From Hydrogenophilaceae bacterium (GTDB taxonomy: Bacteria > Pseudomonadota > Alphaproteobacteria > Caulobacterales > Aquidulcibacteraceae): a DNA stretch of 64,000 bases. The notes beneath the pieces were generated by a model. It did not search any database, was not told where the DNA came from, and was given only the letters and a program-made list of their open reading frames with translations. The position numbers and the translations under genes were made by a program. Each line of letters opens with the position of its first letter. Within the stretch, counting starts at the first letter, position 1. The stretch spans positions 9,159-73,158 of the forward strand of contig JACAEE010000007.1 of assembly GCA_013389015.1 (NCBI GenBank), given 5' to 3'. This document shows positions 46,616 to 55,014 of the stretch, one piece after another.

Positions 46616-47766
46616 GCGACAGGTTTCCACGCGGCGAAACCGCCATCGTCGGCGCGGCGACCTTCGGCATCGGCAGGAGCCCCGGATTCGAGGCGTCCGA
46701 CCTCGCCGCCAGGGCGAGCGTCGCGGCGCTGGCGCAGGCGGGACTGAAGCCCGCGGACGTGGACGGCCTCTTCTTCTGCCATTCGACCGACACGCTTGGC
46801 GGGCTCTCATTCGCGCAATATCTGGGCGTGCAACCGAGATTCATCGACAATAGCCGGCTCGGCGGCTCGTCGTTCCAGGCCTATGTCGAACTGGCGGCGT
46901 GGCTGCTCTCGGCGGGCGCGATCGACGTGGCGCTGGTGGCGTACGGCAGCAACCAAGCGACGGCCGCAGGCAAGCTCGTCAACACCGTCCGCCCGATGGC
47001 GTACGAAGCTCCCTATGCGCCGCTCAACCCGGTTTCATCCTACGCGCTCGCAGCCGCGCGCTACATCCACGCGTTCGGCGCGCGGCGAGAACAGTTCGGC
47101 GCTGTCGCGCTCGCGGCGCGCGCGTGGGCGCAGCGCAATCCCGAGGCCTATCGGCGTGAACCGCTCACGATGGAGACCTATCTCGCGGCCCGCATGGTAT
47201 CGGACCCGCTGTCGACGCTCGATTGCTGCCTGGTGACGGACGGGGCCGGCGCGCTCGTCATGACCCGCGCCGATCGCGCACGGGAGATCGCGCCGCGGCC
47301 GGTCTATGTTCTCGGCGCAGCGACCGAGACGACGCATCGTGAAATCGCCTGGATGCCGGACTTGACCACGACCGGCGCCGCGCGCGCCGGCGCGCGCGCC
47401 TATGCGCAGGCAGGCGTCAGGCCGACGGACATCTCGGTCGCCGCGCTCTATGACGCCTTCACGATCAACACGATCTTGTTTTTGGAGGATCTCGGCTTTT
47501 GCGCCAAAGGCGAAGGCGCCGCGTTCGTCGAGGACGGGCGGATCGCGCCGGGAGGCGCGCTGCCCCTCAACACGCATGGCGGGGGTCTCTCCTGCGTGCA
47601 TCCAGGGATGAACGGAATCTTCACGCTGATCGAAGCGACGCGCCAGTTGCGCGGCGAAGCCGGGGAGCGTCAGATCGCCGACGCCAAGCTCGCGCTGGCG
47701 CACGGCAATGGCGGCGTGCTCTCAAGCCAATCGGTGGTGATCCTGGGGGGCCCGGACACGGCGTAG
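46612..47766 (+). CDS. thiolase-like (SCP-x / Ltp-type) protein
   Basis: 384 aa with NTHGGGLSCVHPG ... HGNGG at the C-terminal end. GTGA overlap with the DUF35 gene. Confidence 0.75.
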   Translation: MSDRFPRGETAIVGAATFGIGRSPGFEASDLAARASVAALAQAGLKPADVDGLFFCHSTDTLGGLSFAQYLGVQPRFIDNSRLGGSSFQAYVELAAWLLSAGAIDVALVAYGSNQATAAGKLVNTVRPMAYEAPYAPLNPVSSYALAAARYIHAFGARREQFGAVALAARAWAQRNPEAYRREPLTMETYLAARMVSDPLSTLDCCLVTDGAGALVMTRADRAREIAPRPVYVLGAATETTHREIAWMPDLTTTGAARAGARAYAQAGVRPTDISVAALYDAFTINTILFLEDLGFCAKGEGAAFVEDGRIAPGGALPLNTHGGGLSCVHPGMNGIFTLIEATRQLRGEAGERQIADAKLALAHGNGGVLSSQSVVILGGPDTA

Positions 47767-47780
47767 CGGCTCCGTCGCAA

Positions 47781-48587
47781 CTAGCCCATGAGCTGCATCG
47801 GAACGCGCTCGCCCGTGCGCGGCGGCGCATAGCGCGAAGACGGCGTGGACGGCGAAAGACGTGCAACAGCGCCACGCAGCACTTGCACGAAATAGTCGCG
47901 GCGCGCCTCGTATTGGGCGTCGGTGAGCAGCATGCCGAGCGCCAGGCCCTCGTCCGCAGGGCCGTGGGAGAGAAGCATGGCGATCATACGCCCGCCCCGC
48001 TCGCTCGCCACAGCGTAACCCTGCGCAACCGCCTCATCGCAATCCTGCGCCATCTTCTCGAACGGAACGCGCATGTCCGGCGCGCTTTCGGCGTTCACAC
48101 GGTGCAAGAGCTTGCGCACATAGTTGCGATCCATCGCGGCAAGCATCGCTCGTCCCATCGCCGAATGCGCGATCGGCGCTGATGCGCCCTCCGCTACGCG
48201 CAACTCTGAACCAGGCGGCGAAGCCGCGTGGATGTATTGGACGTCGAGGCCGACACGGTTCCCAAGAACGACGGTCGCGCCGGTTTCCTTGGCGAGTTCG
48301 TCCATCATCGGCAGGAGATGGCCGTCGCGGAAAAGACGCGGCTGAACGCGAGCGCCCAAAACGGCCACACGCGCGGTCGGCCGATACGTCCTGGCGGCGC
48401 GATCGCGCGTCAGATAACCGAGCGCCACAAGACAGCTCAGCAATTCCGATGTGCTCGACTGCGGGTAGCCCATGGAACGCGCGATATCCATCACCGTGGC
48501 CTCGCTGCGATCGCCCTGGAAGTATTCAAGCACTTCAAGCGCGCGGCGCGCGGACTTGATCTTCTTGGGGTCCAAAGACCGAGCCAT
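47781..48587 (-). CDS. IclR family transcriptional regulator
   Basis: ALEVLEYFQGDRSEATVMDIARSMGYPQSSTSELLSCLVALGYL wHTH plus an IclR effector domain. Confidence 0.85.
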   Translation of the reverse strand: MARSLDPKKIKSARRALEVLEYFQGDRSEATVMDIARSMGYPQSSTSELLSCLVALGYLTRDRAARTYRPTARVAVLGARVQPRLFRDGHLLPMMDELAKETGATVVLGNRVGLDVQYIHAASPPGSELRVAEGASAPIAHSAMGRAMLAAMDRNYVRKLLHRVNAESAPDMRVPFEKMAQDCDEAVAQGYAVASERGGRMIAMLLSHGPADEGLALGMLLTDAQYEARRDYFVQVLRGAVARLSPSTPSSRYAPPRTGERVPMQLMG

Positions 48588-48613
48588 AAGATCCTCCCTT
48601 AAGTTTATGATGA

Positions 48614-48633
48614 TATGTTGTCATAACAACATA
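48614..48633. promoter_or_regulatory. inverted repeat immediately upstream of the IclR gene (candidate auto-operator)
   Basis: TATGTTGT CATA ACAACATA has perfect 8-bp arms, inside a locally AT-rich stretch 27 nt upstream of the start codon. Confidence 0.45.
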
Positions 48634-48694
48634 GGGGGCGCAAGAGGCTCGCTCAGCTTTTTTGAACTATCTTCGGTTTTTCGAACGCCGCTGT

Positions 48695-49465
48695 TCAGCC
48701 CAAAGCTTCGGGCCGCGCCACGAAGTCGATCGAATAGCGATAACGCTCCGGATGGTTCCGGGCGACAATCATTTCTATGGGGTTTCCAGACATATCATAA
48801 TAAATGCGCGTTACTTTCATGACGGGAGTCGTATCCTCCAGTCCTAAGTATTTGGCCGCCTGAGCGCCCGCGACATCGGCTTCAAGGACTTGCTCTGCTC
48901 GAACCACGCGGACGCCAAGTTTGTCTTCAACCATCCGGATCACGGGCAGCTTTTGACCCAAGTCCGCCGGCTTCACCTGCCTGCCGACCGAAACGCGCAG
49001 GTAGAGCTGGTGATAGCCCAACGGCGACTCATCGAGAAAGCTGAGCAGCTCAAGGCGCGTGCAGCGCGATCCGGGCTGCAGGCGAAGCCCGGCGACGGCC
49101 TCATCGGGCGCGTCGATCTCCTCCATGGAAAGCACTTGAGTCTCCAGCGCCCCGGCCGAAGCGAGGAACTCGTCCAGCGACCCCGACAGGCGCACCGAGC
49201 GCACGCCGCCCATGGAAGGCGGCGTCACGAACGTTCCCACGCCGCGACGCTTGGTGATCAAGCCCTTGGCGATGAGCGCGTCCAGCGCGCGGCGCACCGT
49301 GATGCGGCTGACGCCATATTGCGCGCAAATTCGCTCCTCCGTCGGCAGCGCCTCGCCGGCCTTGAACTCCTCTCGCTTGATGCGCGCGCGCAAATCGAGC
49401 TCAAGCTGGTGATAGAGCGGGATCGGACCGCCATTGAGTGAGGAGGGCTCCTGCAAAGGCTTCAT
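48695..49465 (-). CDS. GntR family transcriptional regulator, HutC (UTRA) subfamily
   Basis: PLYHQLELDLRARIKREEFKAGEALPTEERICAQYGVSRITVRRALDALIAKGLI plus a UTRA-like C-terminal domain. Start is ATG 49465 (or GTG 49468). Confidence 0.85.
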   Translation of the reverse strand: MKPLQEPSSLNGGPIPLYHQLELDLRARIKREEFKAGEALPTEERICAQYGVSRITVRRALDALIAKGLITKRRGVGTFVTPPSMGGVRSVRLSGSLDEFLASAGALETQVLSMEEIDAPDEAVAGLRLQPGSRCTRLELLSFLDESPLGYHQLYLRVSVGRQVKPADLGQKLPVIRMVEDKLGVRVVRAEQVLEADVAGAQAAKYLGLEDTTPVMKVTRIYYDMSGNPIEMIVARNHPERYRYSIDFVARPEALG

Positions 49466-49538
49466 CACTCATTTCTCACATCGATTTCCTGCCAATGCTA
49501 TCCCAAGGGCTGCATCGGCACGAACGGCCAAGCCGATC

Positions 49539-49554
49539 CATCGCATCGGCGATT
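49539..49554. promoter_or_regulatory. ATCGC-N4-GCGAT palindrome in the divergent GntR / acyl-CoA ligase region
   Basis: CATCGCATCGGCGATT has perfect 5-bp arms. Confidence 0.45.
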
Positions 49555-49627
49555 AGGCGTCGCGCTGCGACGGCGACATGATGGCGACGCATGGTTGACC
49601 AATCCTAACCGAAGGACCGCGGACGCA

Positions 49628-51103
49628 ATGACAGCAGACGCGCTCCTCGATCCGCGCGGCGCCGCATTGCCGGGCGCGCCTCTGGCGCTGCTGTTGGCCG
49701 CGCAGGCGCAACGCGATCCGAACCGCATCGCGCTGACGCTCACCGACGGGGCGCTCACACGCGCTGAGCTGGAAAAGCGCTCCAATCAGCGCGCGCGGCA
49801 ATTGCAGGAGGCCGGCGTCGGGCACGACGACGTCGTCGTCTTCGCGCTTCCCAACGGCGCCGCCTACTACGAGCTAATCTATGGGGTCTGGAAGCTCGGC
49901 GCCACGCCCATTCACGTGTCCCACAAGCTCACGCCGCGCGAGTTCGCCGAGATCATCTCGCTTGCGCAGCCCAAGCTTACCTTGACCGCGGACCTGCCGC
50001 TTTGCGCGGCGGATCCGGGCGCATTCGACGATTCGTCCTTGCCTCTGAAAATCGCCAGCCGATGGAAGATTTCGACAAGCGGCGGCAGCACGGGCCGACC
50101 GAAGCTGATCGTCGATCCCAATCCCGCGCTATGGGGCGTGGAGAAGCAGGGCCATCGCCGCCTGCCCGATTCCACGATCATCAATCCCGGCCCGCTCTAT
50201 CACAGCGCGCCGTTCGGGATGATGATCCCCGCGCTCGGCGAAGGCTGCCATGTGGTCGAGATCGGCCGCTTCGACGCAGAGACTTATCTGGCGAACGTGG
50301 AGCGCCATCGCGCCACCTGGGCTTATCTCGTGCCCACGATGATGGCGCGCATCGCCAATCTGCCTGCGCACGTGCTGGCGAAGTACGACATCTCCAGCCT
50401 TCACACCTTGCTGCACATGGCCGCGATTTGTCCGCCCGCCGTGAAGCGCGCGTGGATCGATCTGCTCGGGGCTGACGCCGTGTGGGAAATCTATGGCGGC
50501 TCAGAGCGCATCGGCTCGACCATCATCGGCGGGACGGAATGGCTCGCGCATCCAGGCTCGGTGGGGCGGCCGCGCGAAGGGATCGACCTCCAGATTCTCG
50601 ACGAGCAAGGCGCGCCATTGCCGGCCGGCGCGGTGGGAGAAATCTTCTTCCGGCGCGCGGGCGGCCCCGAATCCACGTTCCTCTATATCGGCGCTGAAGC
50701 TCGCAGGCGCGGCGACTGGGCCTCGTTCGGCGACATGGGCTGGATCGATTCGGAAGGCTATCTCTACATCGCCGACCGGCGGACCGACATGATCGTGAGC
50801 GGCGGTATCAACATCTTCCCGGCCGAAATCGAGGCGCAGATCGCAACGCTGCCGGGCGTGGTCGACAGCGTCGTCGCGGGCGCGCCCCATGCCGATCTGG
50901 GCGCGGTTCCGCACGCCTTCGTGCAACTGCAAACGGACTCGCCGCGCTGGAGCGAAGCATCGTTGCTTACGGCGCTGCGCGAACGCCTGGCGCCGCACAA
51001 GTTGCCGCGCGCGATCACCTTCGTGGATCAGCCGCTGCGCGATGATTCAGGAAAGGTCCGTCGCGCCGAATGGCGTGATCGCCTGCTTGCGCAATCGCGC
51101 TGA
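49628..51103 (+). CDS. AMP-dependent synthetase/ligase (acyl-CoA ligase)
   Basis: STSGGSTGRPKLI P-loop, YGGSE, and GDMGWIDSEGYLYIADRRTDMIVSGGINIFPAEIE. I prefer ATG 49628 over TTG 49595. Confidence 0.9.
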   Translation: MTADALLDPRGAALPGAPLALLLAAQAQRDPNRIALTLTDGALTRAELEKRSNQRARQLQEAGVGHDDVVVFALPNGAAYYELIYGVWKLGATPIHVSHKLTPREFAEIISLAQPKLTLTADLPLCAADPGAFDDSSLPLKIASRWKISTSGGSTGRPKLIVDPNPALWGVEKQGHRRLPDSTIINPGPLYHSAPFGMMIPALGEGCHVVEIGRFDAETYLANVERHRATWAYLVPTMMARIANLPAHVLAKYDISSLHTLLHMAAICPPAVKRAWIDLLGADAVWEIYGGSERIGSTIIGGTEWLAHPGSVGRPREGIDLQILDEQGAPLPAGAVGEIFFRRAGGPESTFLYIGAEARRRGDWASFGDMGWIDSEGYLYIADRRTDMIVSGGINIFPAEIEAQIATLPGVVDSVVAGAPHADLGAVPHAFVQLQTDSPRWSEASLLTALRERLAPHKLPRAITFVDQPLRDDSGKVRRAEWRDRLLAQSR

Positions 51104-51112
51104 GGCGCAATC

Positions 51113-52333
51113 CTATCCCCACGCAACGGGAAGCTTCACTCTTCCCCAATGCATCCACGAGCCGATGCGCTCGGTCGGTCCGTCGAGCCGGAGATTGGGC
51201 AGCGCTTCGATCAGCTTGGCGAATGCGATCTTGGCCTCCAGGCGCGCGATCGGGGCGCCCATGCAGAAATGCACGCCCGAGCCGAAGGACAGGTGCTTGC
51301 GCGCCTCGCCAAGCGGGCGATCCATGCGGAAGCTCTCCGGATCCTCGAAGATCGCCGGATCGCGATTTGCGCCGATGATCGAGAACATGAGCTTGGCGCG
51401 TTCGGGAAGGTCGACGCCGTGCATCGTCGTCGGGCATAGGCTCGTGCGAAAGTGCGCGAGCACCGGGGGATCGAAGCGCAGGCTCTCTTCGATCGCGTTC
51501 TCGACGAGCGCGGGCTCGCGTTTCAAGCGCTCCCAGCGCTCGGGCGCTTCGAGCAGGCGCCACATCAGGTTGGCGAGCAGCGAGATCGTGGTCTCCTGGC
51601 CGCCGGTCAGGAAGGCGAGGCACACATTGAGCTGCTCTTCGCGCGTGAGCGGGCGCCCCTCGACGCGGGCGATCACGGCGCGCGACATGAAGTCGTCCGG
51701 CAGCACGCCGCCGAGCACGGAATTGTCCGGTTCGGAGATCCCCGCCTCCGCCAGTTTGGCGGCGCGCGCATCGAGATGCCCGTTGAAGTGCGGGTAGATC
51801 TCCTTGAGGATCGGTTCGAACGAGCCGGGCTTGGGATCGTGGAAGAGCATGTCCTGCAGGATGTCGGCCCAGTGCTTGTAGTGCAGGTTGTCGGCTTCCG
51901 GCGCGCCGAGCATCACGCACATGATCCGCGACGGGAGCGGCAGAGCGAACAGCTCGTGAAAATCCCCGCGCGCGTCCGGCAGGGCGCGCATCGTGTCAAT
52001 CAGCTCATCGCAGATGCGGGTGATGTCGGCTTCATACTTGGCCAGTTGGCGCGGCGCGAAGCCGGGCGTAAGCGCGGCGCGAAACGCCATGTGAAAGGGG
52101 GGATCGGTCTTGAAGCCGACGTCGCTGATCGTGTCCTTGGCCGCGTTGCCGAAGCGAAAGCTCCAGACGGGGCTGTCCTGGAGGATCTCTTCCTTGATCT
52201 CACGATAATCGCTGGTGATCGCGAACTTGAAGTCCGGGCCCTCATAGAGGTGGAAGGGGCATTTCGCCCGCAGCTCCGAATAGGCGGCGCCGGGATCGGC
52301 GAGAGTTTCGGGCGCCATAGGATCGAATTTCAT
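51113..52333 (-). CDS. cytochrome P450
   Basis: Heme loop FGSGVHFCMGAPIARLE, I-helix AFLTGGQETT, and K-helix EESLRF. Confidence 0.92.
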   Translation of the reverse strand: MKFDPMAPETLADPGAAYSELRAKCPFHLYEGPDFKFAITSDYREIKEEILQDSPVWSFRFGNAAKDTISDVGFKTDPPFHMAFRAALTPGFAPRQLAKYEADITRICDELIDTMRALPDARGDFHELFALPLPSRIMCVMLGAPEADNLHYKHWADILQDMLFHDPKPGSFEPILKEIYPHFNGHLDARAAKLAEAGISEPDNSVLGGVLPDDFMSRAVIARVEGRPLTREEQLNVCLAFLTGGQETTISLLANLMWRLLEAPERWERLKREPALVENAIEESLRFDPPVLAHFRTSLCPTTMHGVDLPERAKLMFSIIGANRDPAIFEDPESFRMDRPLGEARKHLSFGSGVHFCMGAPIARLEAKIAFAKLIEALPNLRLDGPTERIGSWMHWGRVKLPVAWG

Positions 52334-53367
52334 GGAGTCCCCGTTGAGGCTGCGAGCCCGTCGCGGACTTTGGCGTCGGTCAAGCGGGCGTTGAACCAGT
52401 GCGGATAGATCGGCGCCGGCGCGGTCAGGCGGTCGAGCTCCTGCAGCATCTCGGCGTCAAGACGGACGCCGACGGCGGCGAGATTGTCCTCAAGCTGGGC
52501 GAGCTTCGCCGACCCGATCAGCACGCTCGTCACCACCGGCTTCGACAAGAGCCAGGCCAACGCAAGCTGCGCCACGGTGCAGCCGGCGCGCTCAGCCATT
52601 CCGCGCATGGCCTCGACCAGCGCGAACCCCTTCTCGCGATCAAACGGGACGATGTCGAAGGCCGCGTGGCGGCCCTCTTTGGCGATGTTCTCGCGCGTGT
52701 ACTTGCCGCTCAAGAAGCCGCCCCCCAGGGGGCTCCATACGAGCATGCCGAGACCGGCATGGCGAAGCAGCGGCGCTATGTCATGCTCCACTTCGCGATT
52801 GAGCAGAGAGTAGTGATACTGGCCCGACGCAAATCGCGCCCAAGCGCGCTCCTTCTGCATCTGCACCGCGATCGCAGCGCGCCACGACGACCAGTTCGAG
52901 AAGCCGAGATAACGCACTTTTCCGGCCTGGACGAGTCGGTCGAGGGCCTCGAGCGTCTCCTCGAGCGGGGTGAACGCGTCTTCCTTGTGCGCCTGATAGA
53001 GGTCGATGTAGTCGGTGTTCAGCCGCTTCAGGCTCGCTTCACAGGCCGCGATGACATGGTGGCGCGAAAGCCCCGCCTCAGTGATCGCAGCCCCGGAGCG
53101 AAAGCCGAGCTTGGTGGCGATGACGACATCCTTGCGCCGCGCGCCGAGCGCTCTTCCGAGCATCTCCTCGGATTGGCCGCCGGAATAGATGTCGGCGGCG
53201 TCGAAGAAATTGACCCCGGCGTCGAGCGCGGCCGCGACCATGCGCGTTGCGCCGTCCTGATCGACCTTGCCGAGCGCGGGGTTGGCGGTGTTGACGCCGA
53301 ACGTCATCACGCCAAGGCATGCCCGCGACACGATGAGGCCGGTGTCTCCCAGCTTGGCGTATTGCAT
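52330..53367 (-). CDS. aldo/keto reductase
   Basis: MQYAKLGDTGLIVSRACLGVMTFG and FFDAADIYSGGQSEEMLG. GGAG RBS upstream. ATGA overlap with the P450 start. Confidence 0.9.
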   Translation of the reverse strand: MQYAKLGDTGLIVSRACLGVMTFGVNTANPALGKVDQDGATRMVAAALDAGVNFFDAADIYSGGQSEEMLGRALGARRKDVVIATKLGFRSGAAITEAGLSRHHVIAACEASLKRLNTDYIDLYQAHKEDAFTPLEETLEALDRLVQAGKVRYLGFSNWSSWRAAIAVQMQKERAWARFASGQYHYSLLNREVEHDIAPLLRHAGLGMLVWSPLGGGFLSGKYTRENIAKEGRHAAFDIVPFDREKGFALVEAMRGMAERAGCTVAQLALAWLLSKPVVTSVLIGSAKLAQLEDNLAAVGVRLDAEMLQELDRLTAPAPIYPHWFNARLTDAKVRDGLAASTGTP

Positions 53368-53428
53368 CCGAGGCTCCTGAGCGAATAATCCCGTCAACGG
53401 ACGCGAAGCGCCAACGCCGGATCCCAAA

Positions 53429-53444
53429 CATCGCATCGCCGATC
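53429..53444. promoter_or_regulatory. weak ATCG-N6-CGAT site upstream of the AKR-P450 operon
   Basis: CATCGCATCGCCGATC. The right arm has one mismatch to GCGAT. Confidence 0.25.
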
Positions 53445-53649
53445 GGCGCCGCCAGCGGCGTCCGGCCGAGGCGGCGCTCGGATCGCGCGGAGGGCGCTGG
53501 CGCCGCGGTCCTGCCGGCAAACGGATCGCCTTAGACGGCCCCTTGCGTTGCGTCTCGTTCACAAGCGCGTCAAGCTGGCGTACAGCCCCGCGCACGAAGG
53601 CGGCCCGGAGCGTATGAAGGAGCGCTTCGCATCAACGCCGAGAGCAATC

Positions 53650-54150
53650 ATGCGTCTTCTCTTCCTCGCCGCCCTGACCCTCGCCCTCGCCGCCTGCGCG
53701 ACCACCCCCTTCTACGCGCCGGCGACGGGACCCGGCCGGCCGGGCTATTCCGAGCTCCAGATCGAGCGCGACCGATACCGCGTCACCTTCCGCGCCGATG
53801 GCGCAGCCGACGCCCGGCTGGTCGAGAACTACGCCCTTCTCCGCGCCGGCCAGGTGACGCTGCGCGCCGGCTATGACTGGTTCATCGTCGACCGCCGCAG
53901 CCTCGACCGGGGCGGATCCTATTCCGGCCCCCGCGCCTCGATCGGCGTGGGCGGGGGCTCGTGGGGCGGCAGCAGCGGCATTGGCGTGGGCGTCGGCCTC
54001 GGTTTCCCGCTCGGCGGCGGTTCGGGCGAGCGCGCCTTGGCCTCCACGCTGGACATCCGGCTGGGACGCGGCCCAAAGCCCGACAGTCCCGACGCCTATG
54101 ACGCCCGCCAGGTCGTCCACGCGCTGTCAGCCACGGCGAGAGCTCCTTAA
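53650..54150 (+). CDS. lipoprotein with a Gly-rich C-terminal segment
   Basis: MRLLFLAALTLALAAC contains a lipobox (LAAC). The low-complexity segment is GVGGGSWGGSSGIGVGVGLGFPLGGGSG. Alternative start at ATG 53614. Confidence 0.75.
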   Translation: MRLLFLAALTLALAACATTPFYAPATGPGRPGYSELQIERDRYRVTFRADGAADARLVENYALLRAGQVTLRAGYDWFIVDRRSLDRGGSYSGPRASIGVGGGSWGGSSGIGVGVGLGFPLGGGSGERALASTLDIRLGRGPKPDSPDAYDARQVVHALSATARAP

Positions 54151-54238
54151 CCATTTGGCGGCATATTTCACCGAATCGTTATGGCGCGGCGACGCGACCA
54201 CGCGGACCCCGAGGCGGCCCGCGCCAGGGAGGAGCGCT

Positions 54239-54643
54239 ATGGCCCTGAACGACGAAGAGGAAGAATGGCCCCATGTGCTCGTCGTCGACGACGTCGAGGA
54301 CAACCGGGATTTGTTGCGCCGCCGCCTGATGATCGCTCACTTCCAGGTGACCGAAGCCAAGGACGGACTCGAGTGCCTGGCCGCCCTCGATAAAGAGCGC
54401 TTCGACGCCGTCCTGCTCGACTTCATGATGCCGGGCCTGGACGGGTTCGAGACGCTGCAACGCATCCGGGCCAAATGGTCCAAGAGCGAGCTACCGGTGA
54501 TCATGGTCACCGCGCGCGACGAAGATCCGATGATCGTCAAATGTCTCGAAGCGGGTGCGAACGACTTCGTCGCCAAGCCGTTCTCGTTTGCGGTGCTCCA
54601 GGCGCGGCTGCGCGCGCACCTGCCGGCCAACAAGGCCGCTTAA
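54239..54643 (+). CDS. single-domain response regulator (CheY-like receiver)
   Basis: VLVVDDVEDNRDLL, LLDFMMPGLDG, VIMVTA, and FVAKP. AGGGAGGAG RBS upstream. Confidence 0.9.
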   Translation: MALNDEEEEWPHVLVVDDVEDNRDLLRRRLMIAHFQVTEAKDGLECLAALDKERFDAVLLDFMMPGLDGFETLQRIRAKWSKSELPVIMVTARDEDPMIVKCLEAGANDFVAKPFSFAVLQARLRAHLPANKAA

Positions 54644-55014
54644 GAGCGCGCCGCCAACAGCGCGCGCATCGTCTGCAACAGCGCCGGAAAATCCACCGGC
54701 TTGGTCGCGAACGCGTCGAACCCGGCGGCGATGCATTCTTCGCGCACGCTGTCCATGGCGTGCGCGGTCAGCGCGATGATCGGGACCGCGCGTCCGGCTT
54801 CGGCGGCGCGAATGGCCTTCATCGCGTCCATGCCGCCCATGCGCGGCATGGCGAGATCCATGAGCACGATTGCGGGCGCGTGCGCGGCGAACGCTTCGAC
54901 GGCGATCACGCCGTCTTCGGCCTCTACGACCGTGAATTTCTCGCGCGCCAGGCGCCGGCAGAGGATTTCGCGATTGTCCGCGTGATCCTCGGCCACCAGG
55001 ACCGTGACCGTCAT
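54640..55014 (-). CDS. single-domain response regulator (CheY-like receiver)
   Basis: [33 protein letters not shown], and FATKP. ATGA overlap with the kinase stop. Confidence 0.9.
   Translation of the reverse strand: MTVTVLVAEDHADNREILCRRLAREKFTVVEAEDGVIAVEAFAAHAPAIVLMDLAMPRMGGMDAMKAIRAAEAGRAVPIIALTAHAMDSVREECIAAGFDAFATKPVDFPALLQTMRALLAARS

Noticed and set aside
45125-46810. 561-aa minus-strand ORF spanning a crotonase gene, a DUF35 gene and an intergenic region
   Set aside because: It crosses three well-supported plus-strand features and a promoter region. Its composition is typical of antisense frames.
53873-54238. Upstream extension of the response-regulator ORF (256-aa track ORF) overlapping the lipoprotein gene
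   Set aside because: The receiver domain starts at ATG 54239, which has a strong AGGGAGGAG RBS. The extension overlaps the lipoprotein coding frame and is Ala/Arg/Pro-rich.
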